NCBI GenBank assembly: GCA_045635785.1
Contig: JAZTWJ010000100.1
Coordinates: forward strand, 1-49,134
Reading direction: 5' to 3'
Length of the DNA stretch: 49,134 nucleotides
From: Candidatus Flemingiibacterium sp.
Lineage (GTDB): Bacteria > Bacillota > Clostridia > Oscillospirales > CAG-272
The notes below the pieces were generated by a model. That model had not been told where the DNA came from. It saw only the letters and a program-made list of their open reading frames with translations, and did not search any database. This document shows, in pieces, positions 1 to 10,475 of this stretch; the first letter of the stretch is position 1; each line of letters starts with the position of its first letter. The translations under genes and the position numbers were made by a program.

Positions 1-165
1 CGTGCGGAAGCAAAGGCGCGCGCCCGGGCAGCGTCTGCCAAGGAACGCCAGCGTAGGCACCTTCTCGCGCACCTCGGCGGGGACGCGCTCCAAAATGCCG
101 TTCTCATGGAAAAACGGCAGTCCGTGAACTTCAATGGGTGCATCAGAATATTTGTAGATCTTCAT
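1..165 (-). CDS. Partial gene (N-terminal 55 aa), probably the N-terminal domain of an SGNH/GDSL hydrolase
   Basis: Hand translation from ATG 165 gives MKIYKYSDAPIEVHGLPFFHENGILERVPAEVREKVPTLAFLGRRCPGARLCFRT, open to the window edge. The G-x-R-x-x-F-R-T ending resembles GxDLY-type SGNH N-termini. It follows nnr on the same strand and is not in the ORF track. Confidence 0.55.
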   Translation of the reverse strand, partial: MKIYKYSDAPIEVHGLPFFHENGILERVPAEVREKVPTLAFLGRRCPGARLCFRT

Positions 166-211
166 GATGGATACCACGCCTTCACAAGAATGAAGGCTTC
201 CCTTTTCTTTT

Positions 212-1723
212 TTATTTTTCAGATTCGCAGGTGGAAAGGATCTCGCGAACAGCTTCGGGGATGGCGCGGACCGTATCGCCCGCAATCATCGAAGCGGTGG
301 GAACCGTGCGTGACGCGATCTCTCCCGCAAGACCGTTCAAATATGCCCCCGCCGCCACGCCAAGCAACAGATCCTCGTCCGAAACAAATCCACAGATGCC
401 CGCAAGAATACCCGAAAGCACATCTCCGCTGCCGGCTGTTGCCATGCCCGAGCATCCGCGATCCGCCAAATACACGGTTTTACCGTCGGTGACGACGGTG
501 GTCGGTCCCTTGAGCAGAACGATCGCACCGACGGATGCGGCATAATCTTTTGCCGCGCTTATGAGATCCTCGCGGAATTCCTCGATCTTTTTGCCGCAGA
601 GACGCGCAAACTCTCCCGGGTGGGGTGTGAGGATCCTCTGGCAAGATGTGTTTTTGAAACTGCCCGCATCCATTTCCGCGAGCGCATTCAGACCGTCCGC
701 GTCGATAACAAGACGGCCGCTGTATGAACAAAAGAGATGTTCTAATAGTCGGCATACTTCCACAGAGCGTCCCATGCCCATCCCCACAGCCGCCGCGGCG
801 GTGTGATGCATCAGCCGATCCATCGTTTCGCTGTGAAAGCGATAGTCGCCGTCCGCATCGTCTAACGGAAATAGGGTGGATTCGAGCAAATACGGAAGTA
901 CAGAGGGAGCAATGCCGCGCGGCACCGCCAGCTTTGCCACGCCTGCGCCTGCGCGCAGAGCAGAAAGGGACAAATTGGCAAGCTTCGCCGCACCGCTGTA
1001 TTCCAAAGAGCCGCCCACAAGAGCAACATAGCCGTAATCGCCTTTGTTGGAGTTGTGGAGGCGACCGTCGAACAAACGGCGAATATCGGCGGCTTCGATG
1101 AGGTAGGCTGGTTCATCGAGCAGCTTGATGCCGATATCGCAATTGATTTTATTTTGAATGACATCTTTCGCGGAATTGAGAAACAATCCGCTTTTGAAAT
1201 TGCCGAGGGAAACGGTCAGATCCGAACGTACACAGCAGTCCGAAAGTCCGCTGTCTCCGCCGAGTCCGCTGTTAATATCCACGGAAACCACATAGGCACC
1301 CGAGGCATTGATACGCTCGATGGCGGTGCGGTATGGCTCTTTCACCTCACCCTTGAAGCCGGTGCCGAAGATGCAATCAAGCACCGTTTTATAGCCTGTG
1401 AGGGACATTTCATCAAGTCCGCGTTTGACGGGAATGCCCGTTGCCAGACACCGTTCGAAATAATGTTTCCCATCGGAGGAGAAGCGCTCCGAAAGCAAAA
1501 ACAGCGTGCACCCAATGCCCGCCTCATGGAGCAATTCTGCCACGACAAAGCCGTCGGCGGCATTGTTGCCCGAGCCGCAGACGATGGCAACGGGCGGCTT
1601 CCATTCCACAGACCCGAAAATGGCGCGTCCGGCGCGCGCGATCAGCTCACGGTAGGACGATGAGGTGACAGCGGTATGCGCATCACTGCGTTTCATGTTG
1701 TCAACCGAAACGACCTTGATCAT
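212..1723 (-). CDS. nnr: Bifunctional NAD(P)H-hydrate epimerase/dehydratase (YjeF_N + carbohydrate kinase domain)
   Basis: Motifs CGSGNNAADG, DCIFGTG, NKGDYG, DADGLN, LTPHPGEF, GMATAGSGDVLSG. Start placed at ATG 1723 because AAGGAG precedes it. Confidence 0.93.
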   Translation of the reverse strand: MIKVVSVDNMKRSDAHTAVTSSSYRELIARAGRAIFGSVEWKPPVAIVCGSGNNAADGFVVAELLHEAGIGCTLFLLSERFSSDGKHYFERCLATGIPVKRGLDEMSLTGYKTVLDCIFGTGFKGEVKEPYRTAIERINASGAYVVSVDINSGLGGDSGLSDCCVRSDLTVSLGNFKSGLFLNSAKDVIQNKINCDIGIKLLDEPAYLIEAADIRRLFDGRLHNSNKGDYGYVALVGGSLEYSGAAKLANLSLSALRAGAGVAKLAVPRGIAPSVLPYLLESTLFPLDDADGDYRFHSETMDRLMHHTAAAAVGMGMGRSVEVCRLLEHLFCSYSGRLVIDADGLNALAEMDAGSFKNTSCQRILTPHPGEFARLCGKKIEEFREDLISAAKDYAASVGAIVLLKGPTTVVTDGKTVYLADRGCSGMATAGSGDVLSGILAGICGFVSDEDLLLGVAAGAYLNGLAGEIASRTVPTASMIAGDTVRAIPEAVREILSTCESEK

Positions 1724-1896
1724 GGAAATTCTCCTTTTTGTTTGCATGGATAATTCCGACTTTCGCAGAACTATCAGCCATATCCATTATACAGGATGAC
1801 GGCAGAAATTGCAAGGGGGTTTTGCGTAAAATGCAATTGAAAAAATTTTCAAATTACATTCATAAACGCAATATTTTGTAAAATCCTCCGCTCCGG

Positions 1897-1926
1897 TTGA
1901 CAGGAGCTGTTTCTTTGTGATATAAT
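1897..1926 (+). promoter_or_regulatory. sigmaA-type promoter for U32-uppP
   Basis: TTGACA (1897) - 18 nt - TATAAT (1921), with an extended -10 TG. Confidence 0.7.
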
Positions 1927-1963
1927 TACAGAAAGAAATAAAGCCGAAAAAGGAAGATCTATC

Positions 1964-3247
1964 ATGATGCAAGCAGAAAAAAGAATGCCGGAGCTGCTGT
2001 CTCCGGCAGGAAATTTTGATAAAATGAAGGCGGCGATCCGATACGGCGCCAACGCAGTCTATTTGGCAGGCGATGATTTCGGCATGCGGGCGGCGGCGGA
2101 CAATTTTACGACGGAGGAGCTTTTTGCGGCGGTGGAATATGCCCATGCACGGAATGTGCGCGTGCATCTGACGCTCAATACCATGCCGCATACCGATGAA
2201 TATCCAAAGCTGGAGGCGTTTGTAAAAGGTCTGCGCGGCGCAGGCATCGACGCGGTCATTGCCGCTGACATCGGCGTGATGGCACTGGTGAAGGAGCATC
2301 TGCCCGAAGCGGAGTTGCATGTATCCACCCAAATGAGCACCGTCAGCGCGGCGGCATGCTGTCAGTGGCATAAGTTTGGCGCAAAGCGCGTGGTTTTGGC
2401 GCGCGAGCTGACACTTGCCGAAATCAAGGAAATCCGTGCGAATACACCTTCCACGCTGGAGCTGGAATCGTTCATCCACGGTTCCATGTGCGTATCCTAC
2501 AGCGGACGCTGTCTGCTTTCCCAGCATTTCGTAGGGCGAGATGCCAATCGAGGCAAATGCGCACAGCCCTGCCGCTGGAATATGACCTTTGCGCCGTCCT
2601 CCTATGCGGACGATGAGGGCAATGCGATGTATGAAATCACCGAGGAAAAGCGTCCCGACAATCGTTTGCCTGTGATGGAAACCGAACGCGGCACCTTCTT
2701 TCTCTCCTCAAAGGATATGTGCATGATCGAGCATATCCCCGAACTGATGGAGGCGGGCATCGACAGCTTCAAGATCGAGGGCAGAATGAAAAGCGAGTAT
2801 TACGCTGCCGTCGTCACCAACACCTATCGCATGGCAATGGACCGTTATGCGTCGGATCCGGCAAAGTATACTTACGATCCCGCATGGCTGCGCGAGTTAA
2901 GCTCGGTCAGCCATCGTGAATACAGTACCGGCTATTATTTTGCAAAGCCGATGGAGGACGCAAATTCCGCAAAGCAGCCCGGCTATATAAAGGAAAAAGC
3001 ATATCTCTGCCTTGTTACGGCATACGATGAAGCGACGGGCATCGCCACTTTTATGCAGCGCAACAAGGTGTTTGCGCATTCGGATGCAGAGATCATCACC
3101 CCCGGAAATATCGGAAAAGATCTGCATTTCGGCGCACTTTTCAACGATGAGGGCACCGAGATTGAATCCGCGCCGCATCCTTATATGACATTCACGGCTA
3201 AGGTACCCTTTGCCGTGACGCCCGGAGATATTGTTCGAGCAAAATAG
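1964..3247 (+). CDS. U32 family peptidase-like protein (TrhP/PrtC-type, probably tRNA hydroxylation)
   Basis: PELLSPAG, GANAVY, ESFIHGSMCVSYSGRC, NRGKCAQPCRW, DSFKIEGRMK. Confidence 0.9.
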   Translation: MMQAEKRMPELLSPAGNFDKMKAAIRYGANAVYLAGDDFGMRAAADNFTTEELFAAVEYAHARNVRVHLTLNTMPHTDEYPKLEAFVKGLRGAGIDAVIAADIGVMALVKEHLPEAELHVSTQMSTVSAAACCQWHKFGAKRVVLARELTLAEIKEIRANTPSTLELESFIHGSMCVSYSGRCLLSQHFVGRDANRGKCAQPCRWNMTFAPSSYADDEGNAMYEITEEKRPDNRLPVMETERGTFFLSSKDMCMIEHIPELMEAGIDSFKIEGRMKSEYYAAVVTNTYRMAMDRYASDPAKYTYDPAWLRELSSVSHREYSTGYYFAKPMEDANSAKQPGYIKEKAYLCLVTAYDEATGIATFMQRNKVFAHSDAEIITPGNIGKDLHFGALFNDEGTEIESAPHPYMTFTAKVPFAVTPGDIVRAK

Positions 3248-3255
3248 GAGATCGT

Positions 3256-4098
3256 ATGGAACTTTTAATTGAAATTCTGAAATCGCTGTTTTTCGGCATC
3301 GTGGAGGGCATCACCGAATGGCTTCCCATTTCATCCACGGGACATTTGATTCTGCTTGGCGAATTTGTCCGCATGGATGTTTCGGACGAATTCATGAGCG
3401 TGTTTGAGGTGGTCATCCAGTTAGGCGCAATTTTGGCGGTGGCGGTCATCTTCTGGAACAAAATCCAGCCTTTCTCGAAAAAAGGCGAAATATGCGGCAT
3501 CATCAGCCGCGACAAATTCATGCTCTGGCTGAAAATTGCCGTCGCATGTCTGCCTGCCGCTGTGGTTGGGCTGCTTTTTGACGACCTCATTGACGCGCTG
3601 TTTTATAACAGCGTAACCGTGGGGATCATGCTGATTCTCGTAGGTGTGGTTTTCATTATTGTCGAAAGCCGCAACAAAAACAGGACGGCGGCTGTAGCCT
3701 CGCTTGACGAACTCACCTTCCGACACGCGCTTGGAATCGGACTTTTTCAGCTGATCGCGGCAATTTTTCCCGGCACTTCCCGTTCGGGCGCAACCATCCT
3801 CGGCGGCTTGATGCTCGGTGTCAATCGTACCATTTCCGCGGAATTCACCTTTTTTCTCGGCATTCCCGTCATGTTCGGTGCTTCACTGCTTAAGCTGGTC
3901 AAGTATGGATTTGACTTTAAGGCATCGGAAGCAATTATTCTGCTTGTTGGCATGGTGAGCGCCTTTGCGGTGTCGATGGTGTGCATCCGATTCTTGATGG
4001 ATTACATCAAAAAACACGATTTTAAGGTGTTCGGACGGTATCGAATCGTGCTCGGTATCATTGTGCTCGTTTATTTCGCGGCAAAGGCATTTATCTGA
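3256..4098 (+). CDS. uppP: Undecaprenyl-diphosphate phosphatase (BacA family)
   Basis: GIVEGITEWLPISSTGH and PGTSRSGATI motifs, multiple TM segments, RBS AGGAG. Confidence 0.95.
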   Translation: MELLIEILKSLFFGIVEGITEWLPISSTGHLILLGEFVRMDVSDEFMSVFEVVIQLGAILAVAVIFWNKIQPFSKKGEICGIISRDKFMLWLKIAVACLPAAVVGLLFDDLIDALFYNSVTVGIMLILVGVVFIIVESRNKNRTAAVASLDELTFRHALGIGLFQLIAAIFPGTSRSGATILGGLMLGVNRTISAEFTFFLGIPVMFGASLLKLVKYGFDFKASEAIILLVGMVSAFAVSMVCIRFLMDYIKKHDFKVFGRYRIVLGIIVLVYFAAKAFI

Positions 4099-4199
4099 CG
4101 AAAACCATGTCAAAATGCCCACTTGGCAGACCATGAACGGAAAATTTTTGTCATAAATCGAAAAATTTCTTAAATTGATGATTATTTCACAAATTTCTG

Positions 4200-4228
4200 T
4201 TGATATAATGAAAAGAATGTGATAAAAT
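4200..4228 (+). promoter_or_regulatory. Candidate sigmaA promoter for pgk-tpiA
   Basis: TTGATA (4200) - 17 nt - TAAAAT (4223) with an extended TG; implies a ~180-nt leader. Confidence 0.55.
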
Positions 4229-4275
4229 ATTGATAGTTCAGATTTCAAAACCACAGTTTCGTTATTTTTTCATAA

Positions 4276-4403
4276 GGCGAAAAGATCGAAAGAGAAATCT
4301 TTCCGTCGGGCATTTGTGGCTCCAATAAGGTCACAGGCCACGGTTTTGCTGCGTAAATCAAGCCCCAAAAGGGGAGAAAGGTAGCTTTCACTGCGGTGAA
4401 AGC
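4276..4403 (+). ncRNA. Structured 5' leader of pgk (candidate cis-regulatory RNA)
   Basis: Four stems: AAAGAT/ATCTTT around C-GAAA-G, GTGGC/GCCAC, CCCC-AAAA-GGGG, GCTTTCAC-TGCG-GTGAAAGC. Confidence 0.45.
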
Positions 4404-4416
4404 AATGGTCATAAGT

Positions 4417-5712
4417 ATGTATAACAAGAAATCCGTAGAAGATATCGCGGTTTCCGGCAAGAGAGTTCTCTGCCGCTGCGATTTCAACGTCCCCGTGAAG
4501 GATGGCGTGATTACCGATGACAAGCGTATCGTCGGCGCAATGAAGACCATCCAATATCTCATTGCCAACGGCGCAAAAGTCATCCTCTGCTCCCACATGG
4601 GCAGACCTCACAATGTTTTAGACGCTGAGATTAAATTAGACAAGAAGGAAAAGGCAAAGATTGCAGCACTTCCCGAAAATGAGCAGGCAGCAGCTACTGC
4701 GGCAGCTCTCGAAAAGGCGAAGGGCGACATTACCAAGCTTTCTCTGAAGATCGTTGCCGATGACCTCATCAAGAAGGGAATCAATGTTACTCTCGCCAAG
4801 GACGTAATCGGTCCCGATGCAAAGGCTAAGGCAGCTGCTCTGAAGGACGGCGAGGTTCTGCTTCTCGAAAACGTGCGCTTCCATGCAGCAGAAGAAAAGA
4901 ACGATCCTGCATTCGCTAAGGAAATGGCAAGTCTTGCTGACATTTATGTCAACGACGCTTTCGGCACCGCTCACCGTGCACATGCTTCCACCGCAGGTGT
5001 GGCCGACTACCTTGAAACAGCTGTTTGCGGTTATCTGATTCAGAAAGAAATCGAAATTATGGGCAAGGCTCTTGACGAGCCGGTTCGTCCCTTCGTTGCT
5101 ATCTTGGGCGGTGCAAAGGTTTCCGATAAGATCGGCGTCATCAACAATCTCCTTGAAAAGTGCGACACCATCATCATCGGCGGCGGTATGGCTTATACCT
5201 TCTTCAAAGCAATGGGCAATCCCATCGGCATCTCCATCTGCGAGAATGACAAGCTCGATCTCGCAAAGGATCTGATGGTAAGAGCTGCTGAAAAGGGCGT
5301 AAACTTCCTGCTTCCCGTTGACAATATCATCGCTCGTGAGTATAAGGAAGATGCAACCTTCATGCGTATTTACTCCGATTCCATTCCGGATGGCTGGATG
5401 GGTCTTGACATCGGCGAAAAGACACAAGAGCTTTACGCCAAGTCTCTCGTCGGTGCAGGCACCGTAATTTGGAACGGCCCGATGGGCGTTTCCGAATGGG
5501 AGAATTTTGCAAGCGGCACCAAGGAAGTTGCAAAGGCAATCGCAGAGTCCGGCGCCATCTCCATCATCGGCGGCGGCGACTCCGCAGCAGCGGTTGAAAC
5601 TCTGGGCTACGCTGAAAAGATGACTCATGTTTCCACCGGTGGCGGCGCATCTCTCGAATTCCTCGAGGGTCTGGAGCTTCCCGGCATCGCATGCCTCAAC
5701 GAAAAGGAATAA
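4417..5712 (+). CDS. pgk: Phosphoglycerate kinase
   Basis: [57 protein letters not shown]. Start is uncertain (4396, 4405 or 4417). Confidence 0.97.
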   Translation: MYNKKSVEDIAVSGKRVLCRCDFNVPVKDGVITDDKRIVGAMKTIQYLIANGAKVILCSHMGRPHNVLDAEIKLDKKEKAKIAALPENEQAAATAAALEKAKGDITKLSLKIVADDLIKKGINVTLAKDVIGPDAKAKAAALKDGEVLLLENVRFHAAEEKNDPAFAKEMASLADIYVNDAFGTAHRAHASTAGVADYLETAVCGYLIQKEIEIMGKALDEPVRPFVAILGGAKVSDKIGVINNLLEKCDTIIIGGGMAYTFFKAMGNPIGISICENDKLDLAKDLMVRAAEKGVNFLLPVDNIIAREYKEDATFMRIYSDSIPDGWMGLDIGEKTQELYAKSLVGAGTVIWNGPMGVSEWENFASGTKEVAKAIAESGAISIIGGGDSAAAVETLGYAEKMTHVSTGGGASLEFLEGLELPGIACLNEKE

Positions 5713-5827
5713 TAACCGAGCGATCTATCGTTTGGCGCATCTAAATGTAATATTCGCGGAAGGCGAAGGTTCTGCCTTTGCTTTCCGCATTTGAATTTTC
5801 CTGTCAAAAATCGAAAGGAACATAAAT

Positions 5828-6595
5828 ATGAATAAAGCTACCCGCAGAACCGTTATCGCAGGCAACTGGAAAATGAACATGACTCCATCCGAAACCTCCG
5901 CATTCATGAAAGAACTTGCTCCGATGGTTGCAGGCAAAGATGGATGTGACATCGTTCTCTGCGTTCCCGCAGTTGACATCGCCGCTGCTGTTGAAGCAAC
6001 AAAGGGCACAAACATCAAGATTGGTGCAGAAAACGTACATTTCAAGGAATCCGGTGCTTACACCGGTGAAATTTCCGCGAAGATGCTCAATGAGTGCGGT
6101 GTGAAATACGTCGTTATCGGTCACTCCGAGCGCCGTCAGTATTTCGGCGAGACTGACCAAACCGTCAATCTCCGCACGCTCGCAGCTGTCAATGCCGGTC
6201 TTACCGCAATCGTCTGCGTCGGCGAAACGCTGGAGCAGAGAGAACTCGGCTACACCGAAACTCTCCTAAAGTTCCAGACTAAAATGGCGCTCACGAATGT
6301 TAAGCCGGAACAGCTCCAGAACATCATCATCGCTTACGAACCTGTATGGGCAATCGGCACGGGTGTAACCGCGACCGCTGATCAGGCAGACGAGGGCAAT
6401 GGCTTCGTCCGTGCCGCTGTTGCGGAAATGTTCGGCGCAGATGCGGCTGAGGCTGTAACCGTTCAGTACGGCGGCTCCATGAACGCAAAGAATGCGGCAG
6501 AACTGCTCGCAAAGGTGCATGTGGACGGCGGTCTGATCGGCGGCGCATCCCTCAGAGCCGCAGATTTTACCGTTATTGTTGACGCGGCGCAGTAA
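5828..6595 (+). CDS. tpiA: Triosephosphate isomerase
   Basis: AGNWKMN, GHSERR, IAYEPVWAIGTG, YGGS, DGGLIGGASL; RBS GAAAGGA. Confidence 0.98.
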   Translation: MNKATRRTVIAGNWKMNMTPSETSAFMKELAPMVAGKDGCDIVLCVPAVDIAAAVEATKGTNIKIGAENVHFKESGAYTGEISAKMLNECGVKYVVIGHSERRQYFGETDQTVNLRTLAAVNAGLTAIVCVGETLEQRELGYTETLLKFQTKMALTNVKPEQLQNIIIAYEPVWAIGTGVTATADQADEGNGFVRAAVAEMFGADAAEAVTVQYGGSMNAKNAAELLAKVHVDGGLIGGASLRAADFTVIVDAAQ

Positions 6596-6621
6596 GAGAA
6601 CCGTATTTCTGAGAAACAATC

Positions 6622-6649
6622 AAAAAAGTTCCCGCAAGGGAACTTTTTT
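6622..6649 (+). terminator. Rho-independent terminator after tpiA
   Basis: AAAAAAGTTCCC-GCAA-GGGAACTTTTTT. Confidence 0.85.
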
Positions 6650-6672
6650 GCCTAATCACAGGAGGAACAGCT

Positions 6673-7752
6673 TTGAATCGCATACTGATAGCCATGAGCG
6701 GCGGTGTGGACAGCTCGGTTGCCGCATATCTGATAAAAAAGCAGGAGCTTGATGCCCTCGGCGTAACGCTCAGACTTTATTCACCGGATGTGGAGCTTGG
6801 CGAAGAATCCGCCTGCGGTTCCCTCTCCGATGCAGAGGATGCTCGCATCGTGGCGGAGCGTCTCGGTATCGAGCATCATCTGCTCAACTTCGGCGCGCAC
6901 TTCAGGGAGCATGTCATCGACCGTTTTGTCGCCACCTATGAAGCGGGCGGAACGCCAAATCCCTGCATTGACTGCAACCGCCTCATCAAATGGCGGCAGG
7001 TTCTTTCCACTGCCGATGAAATGGGCTGTACCCATATCGCCACGGGACATTATGCCCGCGTGGAAAAAGACAGCGTATCCGGCAGAATGCTGCTCCGACG
7101 CGCCGCCGATGAGAAAAAGGATCAGACCTATGTTCTATGGGCGCTCTCGCAAACACAGCTCTCGCGCACAATGTTCCCCCTTGGCGGCATGAGCAAGGAT
7201 GCAGTGCGTCAGATTGCAGAAGCGCAGGGCTTTCTCAATGCCGACAAGCCGGACAGCCAAGATATTTGCTTTGTTCCCGACGGCGATTACGCCTCCTTTA
7301 TCGAGCGATATACGGGAAGAATTCCGCGTGAGGGCAATTTCATTGACGAGGACGGCAATATTCTCGGCAAGCATCGCGGCATCATCCGCTATACCGTCGG
7401 ACAGCGAAAGGGACTTGGCATCGCCATGGGGCGTCCCGTTTTTGTCAGCCGCATTGATCCCTTTGCAAATACCGTTACGCTGGGCGATGAGCCTGCCCTC
7501 TTTTCCAAGTCTCTTGATGCCGAGGACATCAATCTCATTGCTGTTGACAAGCTCCAAACCCCTCTGCGCGTGATGGCAAAACCGCGCTACGGAAAAAAAG
7601 ATGCCCCTGCCACCGTATGGCAAACGGGCGAAAATTCACTGCATGTGGAATTTGATGAGCCGCAGCGTGCGCTCACTAGGGGACAGTCCGTGGTGCTGTA
7701 TGACGGCGACCTTGTCATCGGCGGCGGCATTATTACGGGCTGCGGTAAATAG
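6673..7752 (+). CDS. mnmA: tRNA 2-thiouridine(34) synthase (CxxC+C type)
   Basis: AMSGGVDSS, PNPCIDCN, ATGHYAR, KDQTY, DSQDICF, YTVGQRKGL; TTG start after GGAGG. Confidence 0.96.
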   Translation: MNRILIAMSGGVDSSVAAYLIKKQELDALGVTLRLYSPDVELGEESACGSLSDAEDARIVAERLGIEHHLLNFGAHFREHVIDRFVATYEAGGTPNPCIDCNRLIKWRQVLSTADEMGCTHIATGHYARVEKDSVSGRMLLRRAADEKKDQTYVLWALSQTQLSRTMFPLGGMSKDAVRQIAEAQGFLNADKPDSQDICFVPDGDYASFIERYTGRIPREGNFIDEDGNILGKHRGIIRYTVGQRKGLGIAMGRPVFVSRIDPFANTVTLGDEPALFSKSLDAEDINLIAVDKLQTPLRVMAKPRYGKKDAPATVWQTGENSLHVEFDEPQRALTRGQSVVLYDGDLVIGGGIITGCGK

Positions 7753-7797
7753 CCTTTCGCAATCCTCGGATTTTTGTCAATTTTTAGAGGTTTCCTA

Positions 7798-7826
7798 TTG
7801 CAAAATGTGTTGGGGTTTGATATAAT
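7798..7826 (+). promoter_or_regulatory. sigmaA promoter for HAD-aspS
   Basis: TTGCAA - 17 nt - TATAAT with an extended TG. Confidence 0.65.
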
Positions 7827-7873
7827 AATAATATGCCGCAGACAAACGGTAAAAACGAGGTGCTGATGCCAAT

Positions 7874-8548
7874 ATGAACAATCAAATCAAGCTTGTGATC
7901 TCCGACATGGACGGCACCCTCATCGACTCCGAAGGTGCCCTCGCGAGAGCTTCCGCAGAAGCGCTTGTCAAGTGGGGGATTCATGCACATCCAAAGGAAT
8001 TTAAGCCCTTCACCGGACTTGGCGATAACAGATTCATCGCGGGCGTGGCGCAGAAATACGGTAAGCCGTACACCTACGATATGAATTTGCGGACATATGA
8101 AATATATGAAAAGCATATTGACGAGTGGGTGGTTGTCTTTCCGTGGTCATCAGAGCTTTTGCGGACGGTGAAAAAGGCGGGGCTGAAAATTGCCATTGCA
8201 TCGGCTGCCGATCGCATCCGCGTGGTTTTGAATCTGAAACGGCTCGGATTCGATGCGGATTTCTTTGATGCGGTGATCTCTGCCAACGATGTAAAAAAGC
8301 AAAAGCCCGATCCCGATGTATTTTTATGCGCCGCCGATCGTGTAGGCATCGACCCCCAAAATGCGCTGGTGCTTGAGGATGCGACCATGGGCGTGCAGGC
8401 GGCAAAGACCGCGGGCGCACGATGTATGGCTGTGACCACCTCCTATCCCGAGACGGAGCTGATCAAATTCGGCGCAGATGCCGTGACGGCGGATTTTCAC
8501 GAGCTTTCCGCTTACATTGTCCAAATGAATTCAGAAATACTATCATAA
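7874..8548 (+). CDS. HAD-family phosphatase (subfamily IA, beta-PGM-like)
   Basis: DMDGTLIDS, KPDPDVF, LEDA..GVQAAKTAG. Confidence 0.88.
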   Translation: MNNQIKLVISDMDGTLIDSEGALARASAEALVKWGIHAHPKEFKPFTGLGDNRFIAGVAQKYGKPYTYDMNLRTYEIYEKHIDEWVVVFPWSSELLRTVKKAGLKIAIASAADRIRVVLNLKRLGFDADFFDAVISANDVKKQKPDPDVFLCAADRVGIDPQNALVLEDATMGVQAAKTAGARCMAVTTSYPETELIKFGADAVTADFHELSAYIVQMNSEILS

Positions 8549-8562
8549 AGGAAGAAACAAAA

Positions 8563-10374
8563 ATGGGAGCACAACTTACAAAAAACGATAAGCGTACCTG
8601 CTACTGTGCAGAGCTTTCCGCAAAAAACATCGGCGAAACGGTCTGCCTCATGGGATGGGTACAGCGTCAGCGCGATTTGGGCGGTCTGATCTTCATTGAT
8701 CTGCGCGACCGTACCGGCATCGTACAGCTTGCCTTTGACGACAACACCGACAAGGCTGTATTTGACACCGCTTTCACCCTGCGCTCGGAATATTCTGTCT
8801 GCGCCCATGGCGTGGTACGCGCACGCGGAGAGGGTGCTGTCAACAAGAATATTCCCACCGGTGAAGTGGAGATCGCCGTCACCGAGCTGAAGGTCTTCTC
8901 CGCCTCCCAGACACCCCCCTTCGAAATCGTTGAAAATTCCGATGTCAAGCCTGAGCTGCGTCTCAAGCACCGTTACCTTGACCTGCGCCGCCCCGACCTG
9001 GCATCCAACATCATCGCGCGTTCCAAAATTGCGCAGATCGTGCGCAGGTATTATACCGAAAACAATTTCCTCGAAATCGAAACTCCTTGTCTGATCAAGC
9101 CCACGCCCGAGGGTGCGCGCGATTATCTCGTACCCAGCCGTGTGCATCCCGGCAAATTCTACGCGCTTCCCCAATCGCCGCAGCTTTATAAGCAGCTTCT
9201 CATGCTGTCCGGTTTTGACCGCTATATTCAGATCGCACGCTGCTTCCGCGACGAGGATCTGCGCGCAGACCGCCAGCCCGAATTTACCCAGATCGACCTT
9301 GAAATGTCCTATGTTACCGAGGAAGATGTCATGGAGCTTAACGAAAAGTTCCTTGTCAAGCTTTGGAAGGAATTCAAGGGTATCGACCTTCCCACGCCGT
9401 TCCTTCGTCTGACGTGGCATGAGGCAATGGAGCGTTTCGGCTCCGACAAGCCGGATATGCGCTTTGGCTTTGAGCTGCGCGACATCTCCGATGTGCTTGC
9501 AAATTGCGGCTTCAAGGTATTCGCCGATACCATTGCAAACGGTGGCTCCGTCCGTGCCATTGTCATCGACGGCGCGGCGGCAAAGTTCTCCCGCAAGGAG
9601 ATCGACGCCCTCACCAATTACGTCAAGTCCTACAAGGCAAAGGGCCTTGCATGGTATAAAAATGTAAACGGCGAGATTTCCTCCTCCTATGCAAAATTCC
9701 TGGCCGAGGAAGAAAATGCGGCAGTTCTTGCAAAGCTCGGCGCAGGCGAAAACGACATCATCTTCATCGTTGCAGATAAGAATAAGGTCGTCTTTGATTC
9801 GTTGGGCGCACTCCGCTGTGAGATCGCGCGCCGTTTGGGACTTTGCGATCCCATGGACTTCAAGTTCCTGTGGGTCACCGAATTCCCCCTGCTCGAATAC
9901 GACGAGGAGGACGGACGCTATTATGCGATGCACCATCCCTTCACCATGCCCATGGAGGAGGATCTGCAATATATCAACTCCGATCCCGGCAAAATCCGCG
10001 CAAAGGCATACGACATCGTGCTCAACGGCTATGAGATGGGCGGCGGCTCCGTGCGAATTCACGATGCCGAGGTTCAGGCGCAGATGTTTGAACTGCTCGG
10101 CTTAACCAAAGAAGAAGCAAATGAAAAGTTCGGCTTCCTTCTCGAAGCCTTCAAGTACGGCGTTCCGCCGCACGCGGGTATGGCATTCGGCTTCGACCGC
10201 CTTGTCATGCTGGCGTTGGGACTCGACGACATTCGCGATGTCATCGCCTTCCCGAAGGTGCAGAATGCATCCGAGCTGATGACTAACTGCCCTGCTCTGC
10301 CCGATCTTAAGGCGCTCGACGAGCTTTCCATCGCTGTCAAGCAGCCCGAAAAGGCAGAAAATACCGAAGAATAA
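8563..10374 (+). CDS. aspS: Aspartate-tRNA ligase (bacterial type)
   Basis: GWVQRQRDLGGLIFIDLRD, TPEGARDY, LPQSPQ, FRDEDLRADRQPEFTQ, PPHAGMAFGFDR. True start is ATG 8563; the ORF-track extension overlaps the HAD gene. Confidence 0.97.
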   Translation: MGAQLTKNDKRTCYCAELSAKNIGETVCLMGWVQRQRDLGGLIFIDLRDRTGIVQLAFDDNTDKAVFDTAFTLRSEYSVCAHGVVRARGEGAVNKNIPTGEVEIAVTELKVFSASQTPPFEIVENSDVKPELRLKHRYLDLRRPDLASNIIARSKIAQIVRRYYTENNFLEIETPCLIKPTPEGARDYLVPSRVHPGKFYALPQSPQLYKQLLMLSGFDRYIQIARCFRDEDLRADRQPEFTQIDLEMSYVTEEDVMELNEKFLVKLWKEFKGIDLPTPFLRLTWHEAMERFGSDKPDMRFGFELRDISDVLANCGFKVFADTIANGGSVRAIVIDGAAAKFSRKEIDALTNYVKSYKAKGLAWYKNVNGEISSSYAKFLAEEENAAVLAKLGAGENDIIFIVADKNKVVFDSLGALRCEIARRLGLCDPMDFKFLWVTEFPLLEYDEEDGRYYAMHHPFTMPMEEDLQYINSDPGKIRAKAYDIVLNGYEMGGGSVRIHDAEVQAQMFELLGLTKEEANEKFGFLLEAFKYGVPPHAGMAFGFDRLVMLALGLDDIRDVIAFPKVQNASELMTNCPALPDLKALDELSIAVKQPEKAENTEE

Positions 10375-10475
10375 TCGCTCATTGAAAACAGGGATGCTCT
10401 GTGCTGACGGGGTATCCCTGCGGCATTTTTACCGTCTTGCGCCACAAATGTTTACATACGAAGGAGATCGTCGCC

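Noticed and set aside
8422..8562. ORF-track N-terminal extensions of aspS (also of nnr, smpB, the AT3 fusion and both giant genes)
   Set aside because: They overlap upstream genes or promoters; RBS position and homology support the later starts.
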